A model generated the notes under the pieces. That model was not told the origin of the DNA, searched no databases, and saw nothing but the letters and a program-made list of their open reading frames with translations. From Nitrospirota bacterium (lineage in GTDB: Bacteria > Nitrospirota > UBA9217): DNA of 64,000 bases. A program made the translations under genes and the position numbers. Shown here piece after piece: positions 54,513-64,000 of the stretch. The stretch covers positions 128,001 to 192,000 of the forward strand of contig CAVUHW010000026.1 of assembly GCA_963741205.1 (NCBI GenBank), given 5' to 3'. Within the stretch, counting starts at the first letter, position 1, and each line of letters opens with the position of its first letter.

Positions 54513-55892
54513 ATGACGCCAAAATTCTCATCAACGCAAGCTACTTCATCGTGGCGTTCTTGTTCATCCTCGGCCTCAAGGGCATGTCGTCACCCGTGAC
54601 GGCGAGGCGGGGCATCATGTGGGCAGGCGCGGGCATGGTGCTCGCTACCCTGGTCACCTTCGGATGGCCCGGGCATGACGAATTACGCGCTGATGGTGAT
54701 CGCGCTCGTCGTCGGGGGCGGCGCTTCCTGGTGGTCGGGCGCGGCGGTCAAGATGACCGACATGCCGCAGATGGTAGCCCTCTACAACGGCATGGGCGGG
54801 GGCGCGGCTGCGGCCATCGCCGCGATCGAGCTCTTCCGCGGAAGAACGCACAATCCCGCAGTCACCGGCCTCGCGGTCCTTGGCGGCTTGATCGGCACTG
54901 TGTCCTTCTCCGGATCCCTGATCGCGTTCGCGAAGCTGCAGGGCATCATGAAAAAAGTCTTTCACCTGCCGGCCCAGAATGCGGTGAACGTCATCCTCGC
55001 AACGGTTACGATTCTCGCCGGCATCGCAATCGTCGCGGCGGGGCAGGCTGCGGCGCTCGGGATCATCGGCTTTTTCGCGCTCGCGCTTGCGCTCGGCGCG
55101 GTCATCACGATGCCGATCGGCGGAGCAGACATGCCCGTCGTGATATCGCTCTTCAACGCGCTTACGGGCCTCGCGGTGGGTTTCGAAGGCTACGTGCTGA
55201 ACAACCCCGCCCTCATCATCGCCGGCATCGTGGTCGGCTCGGCAGGCACGCTCCTCACCCAACTGATGGCGAAGGCCATGAACCGGCCGCTCACGAATAT
55301 CCTGTTCAAGCCGATCACCGGCGAGGCCCAGGCCGGCGGGGCGGGCATTACCGGTACGATGAAGGAGGTTTCGGCCCTGGACGCCGCGGCGATGCTGCGC
55401 TATGCGCAGAAAGTGATCATCGTTCCGGGCTACGGCATGGCGGTCGGCCAGGCCCAGCACAAGGTCAAGGAGATGAGCGTACTCCTGGAGGAGGCGGGCA
55501 TCGACGTGAAGTTCGCCATCCACCCGGTGGCCGGCCGCATGCCCGGCCACATGAACGTGCTCCTGGCCGAGGCGGGCGTGCCCTACGACAAGATCTTCGA
55601 CATGGAGGAGATCAATAACGAGTTTGCCCAGGCCGACGTGGCGCTCGTGATCGGGGCGAACGACGTGGTCAACCCGGCCGCGCGCACTGACAAGGCCAGC
55701 CCGATCTACGGCATGCCTATCATGAACGCCGACCAGGCGCATAACGTGATCGTGATCAAGCGCGGCAAAGGCGCCGGATATTCAGGCATCGAGAACGCGC
55801 TCTTCTACGCCGACAACACGCGCATGCTTTACGGCAGCGCGCAGCAGGTCGTGAACGACGTGATCAAGAACATCAAGGAAATGGGGTCGTAG
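54513..55892 (+). CDS. pntB: NAD(P) transhydrogenase beta subunit; frameshifts near the 5' end
   Basis: LGLKGMSSP, MTDMPQMVA, IGGADMPVV, AMNR, VPGYG, IHPVAGRMPGHMNVLLAE, GANDVVNP. Confidence 0.95.
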
Positions 55893-55895
55893 TAC

Positions 55896-56008
55896 TGTCA
55901 TACCTGCGAAAGCAGGTATCCAATGGCTTTTATCATAGAAACTTCAACGATTCCGCGAAATCGGGAATCCCGCTGGCTTTATCCCGACTCCGTCGGGCGG
56001 GAATGACA
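55896..56008. repeat. palindromic repeat doublet with an insert in the right arm
   Basis: tgtcatacctgcgaaagcaggtatcca ... ggaatcccgc[tggctttatcccgactccgtcgg]gcgggaatgaca. Confidence 0.8.
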
Positions 56009-56043
56009 AAAAAGATTTACAGTAGTCCTTGGAGGATGTTGCA

Positions 56044-57122
56044 ATGATGAAGATGTCGCTTCTCGCAGGTCTCGTTCTTCTGATGTCCGCGGGGCACGCT
56101 TTTGCCGCGGCCTATCCCGAACCCTCGTCCGGCGATTTCATCATGAAGGACTTCCGCTTCAAAAGCGGCGAGGCCCTGCCGGAACTCAAGATCCATTACC
56201 GGACCGTCGGAACGCCGCAGAGGGACGCGACGGGCAGGGTGCGCAATGCCGTCTTGCTTCTGCACGGGACCGGCGGAAGCGGCGAATCGCTTCTCACCGA
56301 CCATTTCGCGGGAGTGCTTTTTGGGCAGGGACAGGTCCTGGACGCGAGCGCGATATTTCATCATCCTGCCGGACGGGATCGGGCACGGACAATCGAGCAA
56401 GCCGAGCGACGGCCTGCACGCGCGCTTTCCCCATTACACCTACGACGACATGGTGGAGGCCCAGTACCGGCTCCTTACCGAAAAGCTCGGGGTGGACCAT
56501 CTGCGCCTGGTACTCGGAACTTCGATGGGGGGAATGCAGACCTGGGTCTGGGGCGAGAGGCGACCCGATTTCATGGACGCTCTCATGCCTCTCGCGTGCC
56601 TGCCGGTCGAGATCGCCGGTCGCAACCGCATGCAGAGGCGCATGATCATGGATTCCATTCGCGACGATCCCGCATGGAACAACGGCGAGTATAAGACCCA
56701 GCCCCGCGGCCTCCGGGCCGCAATATATATCGAGCTCATCATGGTGAGCAGCCCGCGTCAGTGGCAAAAGGAGGCCCCGACCCGCGCGGCTGCCGACAGA
56801 CTCCTTGACCAGATGGTGAGCGACCGTCTTGCCCGGACCGATGCCAACGACCTTCTCTACGCGTTCGAAGCCTCGCGCGAATACAATCCCGCGCCGGACC
56901 TGGAAAAGATCAAGGCCCCGCTCCTCGCGATCAATTCAGCGGACGATGAGATCAATCCGCCCGAGCTCGGGATCATGGAAAAGGAGATCAAGCGGGTCAA
57001 GCGCGGTCGTTTCGTGCTGATACCCGTAAGCGATGAAACACGCGGACACGGCACTCATTCCTACCCCGCGATCTGGCAAGAGCCATCTTGCAGAGTTGCT
57101 GAAGGAATCGGAACCGAAGTGA
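56044..57122 (+). CDS. secreted alpha/beta hydrolase, homoserine O-acetyltransferase-like; two frameshifts
   Basis: signal peptide (AGHAFA); LLHGTGGSG, PDGIGHG, GTSMGG nucleophile, SADDEIN, GHGTH. Confidence 0.8.
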
Positions 57123-57304
57123 TCACCCGCATGGGATTCTCTCTTCAAGACATGAATATACACGCAAAGACGCTGAAGGACGCAAAGGAAAGCATAAACG
57201 AAGAGTTTAAAAGCTTCAAAATTCCTTCGCGTCCTTCGCGTCTTCGCGGTGACAAGATTCAATCCTTCCTGTCCTGCCCTACGCCGCCTTCTTCGCCAGC
57301 CAGT

Positions 57305-58156
57305 CTATGCGTGCGCCCACTCGGAAAGCGTCGCAGGACTGATACCGTACTTTTTCGTGAGCGCGGCGATGTCGACGTTGTAGCCGACGCGGTCGAACCA
57401 TTCCAGCATGATCGCGTAATCGTCACTCATCTTGCGCACTTCCTCTTTTGGCACCTCTACGAACCGTATGGTCCTGCCCATGGCGCGGCCGAGGATCTCC
57501 GCCATTTCAGGCATCGTATGCTCGTCCCCGGCGATATCGAGCTCGACCCCGTTCATTTTTTCATGCTGCTCGAAGGCCAGCAGGCCGAACCTGCCTATGT
57601 CGTCCGCTGCGATCATCTGGAGTTTTGTCGCCGGTTTTAATCCGATCTGCAGTTTGCCTTCCAGCAATCCGGGCAGGAACGAGGGTGTCGTAAAGTTGTC
57701 CATGAAAAAGGCCGGCCGGAGGATCGTATAGCTCGGGAACTTGAGGCCGCGAACAGTCTGCTCAATCCGCCACTTGTTGTCAAAATGCGGAATGCCGGTA
57801 TTGCGGTGCGCGCTCCCGACCGATGCATAGACATAATGGGAGACGCCCTTTTTCCGGGCGAGCTCGGCAAATCGTTTTCCCTGTTCCTCCTCCCGTTCTA
57901 CACCCGCCTCCCAGGTGTTCTGAACGGCATAAACACCCCATACGCCTTCCAGCGCCCGCTCGAGGGATTTCGGATCATCGTAGTCGCCCTGGATAATTTC
58001 AGCGCCGAGGGATTTGAACATCCCCGCTTTTTCATCCTGCGGTTTGCGCGTCATCACCAGCACTCTGTAGCCGTTCTTCAAAAGGTGCCGGGCCACCGCG
58101 CCGCCCTGCCTTCCCGTCGCACCTGTCACGAGAATTTTGTCTTTAATCTTATCCAT
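57305..58156 (-). CDS. NmrA/HSCARG-family protein; true stop may be near 57278
   Basis: LVTGATGRQGG, GIPHFDNK, LRPAFFMDN, MIAADDIG. Confidence 0.9.
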   Translation of the reverse strand: MDKIKDKILVTGATGRQGGAVARHLLKNGYRVLVMTRKPQDEKAGMFKSLGAEIIQGDYDDPKSLERALEGVWGVYAVQNTWEAGVEREEEQGKRFAELARKKGVSHYVYASVGSAHRNTGIPHFDNKWRIEQTVRGLKFPSYTILRPAFFMDNFTTPSFLPGLLEGKLQIGLKPATKLQMIAADDIGRFGLLAFEQHEKMNGVELDIAGDEHTMPEMAEILGRAMGRTIRFVEVPKEEVRKMSDDYAIMLEWFDRVGYNVDIAALTKKYGISPATLSEWAHA

Positions 58157-58474
58157 GATTAGTACCTCCTTGTAAGCTTTTCATGATGTCTTTAATCAAT
58201 TATATCATTCAATCCCGCAGGCAGGCCCGCAACACGGTTTGCTCGCGCCTCGAAGAACTCATTAAATGAACGGTGACGACGGAAGTACTACGATTCCGGA
58301 CAGGCTTTCATAATTATTAACGAGACATTGTTTCAGTTTATCAATGCACACTTGCGTTGCCGCGAGCGCCATGCATAAAGAATACCAGTTTACTCCTCTT
58401 TTGTTTCCACCCGACCGTCTGAACAGCGATATACTTAAAATAGAAAATTAATAGATTTTAAAAAGGAGGCATCT

Positions 58475-58792
58475 ATGGCAACCGTAAAAGACATAAAAAA
58501 AGTCAATGACTACTGCGATGCCGTGAACAACGAGCTCGCGAGCATGAAACAGAGACTCCATGAGCTGGGGGAAGATGTGAAGAGGACCTATGGTGCGGAC
58601 AACGAACTGGCCCTCACGCATGGGAAGCACCTGTGCGAGCTCGCTGATATGATCGAGTGGAAACTCCAGATCCTGATGAAGGCCTGTCCCTTTGAGTGGA
58701 AAGGCGCGGACAGGGACATCGAGAGCGTATCGGTGGGACCGGCTGAAGCGACGACGGGACCCGACTTTTCCGGTGGATATATCGGCGGGTAG
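58475..58792 (+). CDS. hypothetical helical protein
   Basis: AGGAGG RBS, clean ORF, downstream terminator; no motif recognised. Confidence 0.65.
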   Translation: MATVKDIKKVNDYCDAVNNELASMKQRLHELGEDVKRTYGADNELALTHGKHLCELADMIEWKLQILMKACPFEWKGADRDIESVSVGPAEATTGPDFSGGYIGG

Positions 58793-58817
58793 GAAGTTTC
58801 TGATCCTCAGAACATTT

Positions 58818-58853
58818 AAGGCCGACGGATGAAAATTTACCGCCGGCCTTTTT
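58818..58853 (+). terminator. rho-independent terminator
   Basis: AAGGCCGACGG...CCGCCGGCCTTTTTT. Confidence 0.65.
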
Positions 58854-58951
58854 GCGTTGTTTCAGCGCCCGGGAGTCTCGCCGTCTTCGGGCTCAACCTC
58901 GGGAGGGAGGGGCTCTACCGTAGTTCCCGTCTCGTAAAGGCTTTATCTTCG

Positions 58952-59855
58952 TCAGCGGATTTGGCCGGCGTAAGCGGCGGAGGCGCAGGCCTGGGTCTCC
59001 GGCGCCGGATTCAGGGCCAGATAATTGGCGGTAAAAAGGTAATCATCCCGAAAATCACGGACGCCGTCGCCGTTCAGATCATAGGCAGGAGAACGGGGAG
59101 TGCCCCTCTCTTTCAGAAACAAGCGGAAATCTTCTTCCGTCACATCGCCTGACTTGTTCAGGTCGATATTCACCTGCGGGGCGACGGCTACGGGAAACAC
59201 CATCAGCACGCCGCGCTGCAAGAGCGCCATGGTCACTTCATCCGTCCCTTTTTCAGGAAGCACATCGATGATCCATGTATTGGTCGCTTCGGGGTCCTTC
59301 ATCGCCGCAACGCAGGCGGCCCCCTGTCAAGGCCACGTCGGAAATGTTTTCCCATTCCGGCGTCGAGACAAACAGGAGCCGCACGATGGCCTTGCCGTCA
59401 GAAAGCACAACAGGCGGATCCTGCCGGAACCCGATCGATTGTTTTTGATCGAAGAGCGCTATGAAGGCAGCGGGAGTACGGTCGCCGCGGTAGTCCCGGA
59501 AACGTTCGAGGACTGACGGCTGCCGGTAAATGGATTTTTTCTTCTTTTCCCCGGCGTGTTTTTTCCCGGGCCCGGAGACGGGAGAGGAGGGTTTTACCGT
59601 GGTCGGCGCTCCGTTTACGGATTTGGCCTTGGGTCCGACTGCTCCGGGGACGCTCCCTTCTCCGCCCGAAGAGAGCTGGGCTTTTATTTCCGGAGAACCC
59701 GGGACGGTTGAGTCCCCTGACATCGGCGTGTTCTGCTGCGATAGGATGGAGGCATCGCGGTCCTGGCCCTCGGCCGGGTCGGCATACGAAGGTGATTGGA
59801 ATAACAGGACCATCGAAAAGATGATTAAAATTCTGATAGGAGCGCTAAATTTCAT
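58952..59855 (-). CDS. secreted protein with low-complexity linker, beta-sandwich region and dockerin/EF-hand-like C-terminus; frameshift near 59315
   Basis: signal peptide; FRQDPPVVLSDG; DLNKSGDVTEEDF and DLNGDGVRDFRDDY Ca-binding repeats. Confidence 0.6.
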
Positions 59856-60063
59856 ACTGGTATTAAACGAGCGAGTTCATCAGTAAAGGATCCTGCAATA
59901 GCCTGGGATATCAAGATTCTTCGCTGTCGCTCGAAGGGCTTTCGTTTTTAAAGCGATTTCATAATCACGCCACAAGACTCATGATGCACAGGGCTCTTGA
60001 ATTTGTCAAGTCGAAAGACAGGGCAATACCGGAAATCCATTCAGGGCCGGTTCCGCTCCTCTC

Positions 60064-63000
60064 TTATTCCCTTCCCTCACCCCGGAGAGGCGTAAACCCC
60101 TTCCTGATCGTGTTCTCGCTGACGCTGACAGGATTCATAAACTGAAGGAGATAATCGGGGCCACCAGCCTTCGACCCGACACCCGACATGCCGAAACCGC
60201 CGAAAGGCTGTCTCCCGACGAGGGCGCCCGTGATTTTCCTGTTGATGTAGAGGTTGCCTGCCCGGAAATCCTCTTTCACCTTCTCGATGTTCGCGGGGCT
60301 GCGCGAAAAGAGGCCCCCCGTCAGCGCGTATTGACTTTCATTCGCCAGGGCGATCGCCTGATCGATGTCCGCCGCCCTCATGAGCGCAAGCACGGGGCCG
60401 AATATTTCCTCCTGTGCAATGCGTGATTCGGGATCGATATCCGTAAAGAGAGCCGGGCCGATGAAGTATCCATCACCCCCGGCCTGGACTTCAAGGACGG
60501 CCTTCCCCTCTTTTTTCCCGAGCTCGATGTATGCCTTAATCTTCTTCAAGGCCGCCTCGTCAATGACCGGCCCCATGACGCTGCCCGGCTCTTCCGGGCG
60601 GACCGATCCGGATGCTTTTGATCGCCTCGATGAGCCGTTCCGTCAACTCGTCAATGATGTCAGCCACGGCGATCACCCGCGAGCAGGCCGAGCATTTCTG
60701 CCCCTGAAAGCCGAGGGCAGATTCGATGATTCCCTTCACTGCCTCGTCGAGGTCCGCTGTGCTCGTCCACGATGATCGCGTTCTTCCCTCCCATCTCAGC
60801 GACCACCTTCTTCACGTTCCTCTGGCCGGCAGGGGTCTCGGCAGCGAGCCTTATGATCCTGAGGCCTACCTCCTGAGATCCGGTAAAGGCGACGAAATCG
60901 ATGTCCTTATGGGAAACAAGGTACTCCCCCACTTCGCTCCCCGGTCCCGGGAGAAACTGAAGGACGCCGGGGGGGAGGCCGGCGGACTTGAATATCTCGC
61001 AAAGCCTGTATCCAATGACGGGAGAGAGCCCCGAGGGTTTAAAGATCACGCAGTTGCCGGCCACGAGTGCCGCTGAGGTCATCCCCGTTGCAATGGCGAG
61101 CGGGAAGTTCCAGGGGGAGATCACGACGCCGACACCCTTCGGCTCATAATGATACTCGTTTTCCTCGCCCGGGTAATCTCCCAGGATATGAGGGGCTCCG
61201 AGTCGAAGCATCTCACGGCCGTAGTATTCCAGATAATCGACGGCCTCGCAAACATCGCCGTCCGCGTCCTTCCAGGTCTTTCCGACCTCGAGCACCTCCA
61301 GGGCCGCGAGCTCGACCCTGCTCTTTCTCATTTCTTTTGCAGCCCTGAAGAGATAGTCGGCCCTTTTTCCGGGACCGGTCTTTCGCCACGCTTCGCGGAC
61401 CTTGAGCGCCTCCGCAATCGCCGCATCGGCTTCCACCCGCGAGGCGGACGACACCCGTCCGATCACGCTTTCCGGGCGGGCGGGGTTTCGCGACAGGATC
61501 TCTTGGTCCGTCCGCACCTCCCGGCTGCCGATCATGAGCGGATATTTCCGGTCCTTCATTTTCCGCGCCGCGTCGAGCGCATCGGCCATGCTCTTCCTGT
61601 TTTTTTCGATGGAGAAATCAAGAAGCGGTTCGTTCGTGAAATGCTCTCTCCCCGGCCCCCCTCTCCAACCCCTCCCACTAGGGGAGGGGCTACGGCTCGC
61701 TCCCTCTTCCTTCCGGGGAGAGGGGGCAAGACGTTGTCCTCTCCTCGCCGGGATGAAGGTGTAGCCCCTCCCTTTATGGGAGGGGTTGGGGAGGGTGCTT
61801 TGATCAGTTCCTCGAAAGACATCTTCTGCGCCGAATGATTTTCTGAGGAAGGACTCATTCGAGGTGTTTTCAAGCAGCCTTCTTACGAGATAGGCCATGC
61901 CCGGGATCAGTTCGCCGACGGGCGTGTATATCCTTATATCGAACCCCCGCCCCCGCACCGCCTTCCTGAGCGGCTCGGCCATTCCGTAGAGCATCTGGAA
62001 CTCGAAGGCATCTGCGCGGACCTTCATGACATCGGCAGCGGCAATAGCGTGACTGATGCTGCGGAGATTGTGGGTTGCGACAGCGGGACGGACGACATCG
62101 ATGTTCTCGAAGAGCAGGCGTGTCAGCCGTTCGAAGTTATGGTCCGTTTCTTCCTTGGTCAGGAAAACCGGAGCCGGCCATCCCTTCTGGCGGCTTATGG
62201 CGAACTCGTAGTCCCAGTACGCGCCCTTCACGAGCCGGATGTTGATTTTTTTCTTCCGCTTCCTCGCCCATTGGATGAGTTCACGGAGGTCTTGTTCGGT
62301 GTCCTTGAGATATGCCTGGAGCGCCAGTCCCAATGACGGGAGGTCCGCGAATTCCCCGTCTTCGAAAATGCTTTTGAACACCGCGATGGTGAGGCCCTTG
62401 TAGTGGTAATGCTCCATATCAAAGGTGATTGAAATTCCGAGTTCCCTCGCCTTCTTGAGCACGGGCCGCAGTCCTTCCCTGGTCCGCTCGATCGAGCCTT
62501 CCCAGTCCACGGGATCGAGCTGCGAATAAAAGGACGAGACCTTGACGGAGACGTCCGGCCGCGCCTCCGTCGGGGACCGTTCCCGGAGAACGTCAAGAAG
62601 GGAAAGATACTTTTCCGTGTACTCCCCCGCCTCCTTTTCGCTCACGACCACCTCTCCCAGGATATCGATGGAAAACCCCGTCCCGTCCGTGGTCAAGGCC
62701 TTGAGAGATCGGACCGCATCATCCGCGTCCTTGCCCGCGATGAATTGCCTGGCCATGGACTCAACACTGTTCCTGATCGTCCGTCCGGCCATGCGGGATG
62801 CGAAACCTGTGTCCGGGAGCATCCCGATGCCTCCGCTCACGATTGCCGGCACTTCCGTTTCTCCGCTGAAATATTCGTGCAGAAGCCTGACGACAAGGTC
62901 GTCGGTCTTGAGAGAGGGCAGGACGTCGATGAAACGGAAGAGCCTGATCTTGAAGTCCTCATTCTGCATGGCCCAGTTCATGATTCGCCCCATCCACTGC

Positions 63001-63086
63001 CGGGTGTCGAATGCCGGAGGCGTGCCGCTCACGGCGGCATGAAGCTCGCGGCCTATCGATCGTATCTTCTCTTCAGATTGCGCCAT
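60064..63086 (-). CDS. putA: bifunctional proline dehydrogenase / P5C dehydrogenase; frameshifted
   Basis: LFRFIDVLP, DILGE, FDME, RLVKGAYWD, ATHN, QMLYGM, YLVRRLLENTSNESF; ISPWNFP, FTGS, EMGGKN, EEIFGP, QPFGG. Confidence 0.95.
61657..61797. repeat. GTAG-ended REP-like inverted repeat inside putA
   Basis: CCCCCTCTCCAACCCCTCCCACTAGGGGAGGGGCTAC ... GTAGCCCCTCCCTTTATGGGAGGGGTTGGGGAGGGTG. Confidence 0.8.
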
Positions 63087-63133
63087 TGTTTGTCATAGTC
63101 ATAATTCTATCATGTTCCAGCTCCTTCAGCTCG

Positions 63134-63210
63134 GTAGCCGCAGGCTTTAGTCTCTGCGCAGGCGCCTCTATTGAAGATAAAGAACCACGCAAACTGAAGT
63201 TTGCGGCTAC
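63134..63210. repeat. GTAG-type REP doublet
   Basis: GTAGCCGCAGGCTTTAGTCTCTGCG ... CGCAAACTGAAGTTTGCGGCTAC. Confidence 0.7.
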
Positions 63211-63303
63211 TCATACCGACAAATGCAAGAGGCGCGTGGTATCATTAGAGAGTATTTCCCCTGGACCTCCGGCCCCGGGGGAAAAACCAACAAGGAGGCC
63301 CTT

Positions 63304-63981
63304 ATGTCGGAAGACTTCAAGCTCACGCGCAGACAGCTTTTAGCACTGTCCCTTGCCGCAAGCGGCAGCGTACTGGCCGCACGGCTTGACCCGCTCTTCG
63401 CCGAAACGGCAAAAAAGCCGACCCCTGAACAGGTGATGGGGCCGTTCTATCCCGTGACAAAACCGCCCGACCAGGACGCAGATCTGACCGTGATCGCCGG
63501 AAAGCCGGGAAAGGCAAAAGGCCAGGTCATCAACCTCATGGGCAGGGTCTTCGACGTGAACGGTAAACCGATGCCGGGCGTGCGCCTGGAGATCTGGCAG
63601 GCAAACACCTATGGACGCTATATCCATCCTTCCGATACGCATGACGCGCCCCTCGATCCGAACTTCCAGGGCTCCGGCGTCCTGGTCACTGATGCCGAAG
63701 GACGATACTGGTTCAAGACCGTAAAACCCGGTTCGTACCCTGTGTCCAAGGACTGGACACGGCCTCCGCACATTCATTTCGAAATCACCGGCAGGACGAA
63801 CCAGCTCGTGACCCAGATGTACTTCGAGGGGGAGCCTCTGAACGAAAAAGACCTGTTATACAAGAACACCATAGACAAGGAAATCCTTCTGACGAAACTC
63901 ATGCCCCCGACCAGGGACCTCGAGCCCGATTCCCTCATCGCGCCCTGGGACATCGTACTAGGAGTGCCGTACGGTTTGTAA
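63304..63981 (+). CDS. Tat-exported intradiol ring-cleavage dioxygenase (PcaH-like)
   Basis: TRRQLL Tat motif; GPFYP, EIWQANTYGRY, KPGSY, RPPHIHF (2 Tyr + 2 His iron ligands), TQMYF. Confidence 0.85.
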   Translation: MSEDFKLTRRQLLALSLAASGSVLAARLDPLFAETAKKPTPEQVMGPFYPVTKPPDQDADLTVIAGKPGKAKGQVINLMGRVFDVNGKPMPGVRLEIWQANTYGRYIHPSDTHDAPLDPNFQGSGVLVTDAEGRYWFKTVKPGSYPVSKDWTRPPHIHFEITGRTNQLVTQMYFEGEPLNEKDLLYKNTIDKEILLTKLMPPTRDLEPDSLIAPWDIVLGVPYGL

Positions 63982-64000
63982 GTTGAGACACGGAAAAGCA

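Noticed and set aside
194-63086. Mass pseudogenisation or programmed frameshifting (over 20 genes are split)
   Set aside because: Indels hit essential genes (ileS, dxs, ispA, lspA, bamD), are mostly single-base and often in short homopolymers, and leave motifs intact; this pattern fits long-read sequencing error
1-64000. CRISPR array, prophage, transposase or defence system
   Set aside because: No regularly spaced direct repeats with unique spacers, and no cas, phage, integrase or transposase motifs recognised in the ORF track

Overview
A GC-rich bacterial chromosomal segment of mostly housekeeping and metabolic genes; gene content and style suggest Nitrospirota or Desulfobacterota (inference). 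It contains glgC, DAHP synthase, tsaD, a DEAD-box helicase, a split B12-dependent acyl-CoA mutase with meaB, rtcA, tRNA-Leu(CAG)-bamD-sirC, rlmN, the mrcA-ileS-lspA-lgt-rluD run, dinB-lexA, xseB-ispA-dxs, lhr, pntAAB and putA. Many essential genes carry single-base indels, which points to uncorrected sequencing errors rather than pseudogenes. The most notable locus is at about 10.2-15.65 kb on the minus strand. There a yybP-ykoY (Mn2+-sensing) riboswitch with an overlapping intrinsic terminator lies upstream of a two-gene cellulose-type secretion module: a signal peptide-GH8 (BcsZ-like)-BcsA-PilZ(-PilZ) fusion and a short TPR/beta-barrel BcsC-like porin, with no bcsB in the window. Other points: a GAAC-N4-GTTC operator filling the spacer of an apparently leaderless dinB-lexA promoter, a mutase with isobutyryl-CoA-type specificity residues, a palindromic repeat inside the putA interdomain linker, and a dense set of intergenic palindromic and 7/9-nt-periodic repeats. 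All calls come from motif recognition by eye; no database searches were run.
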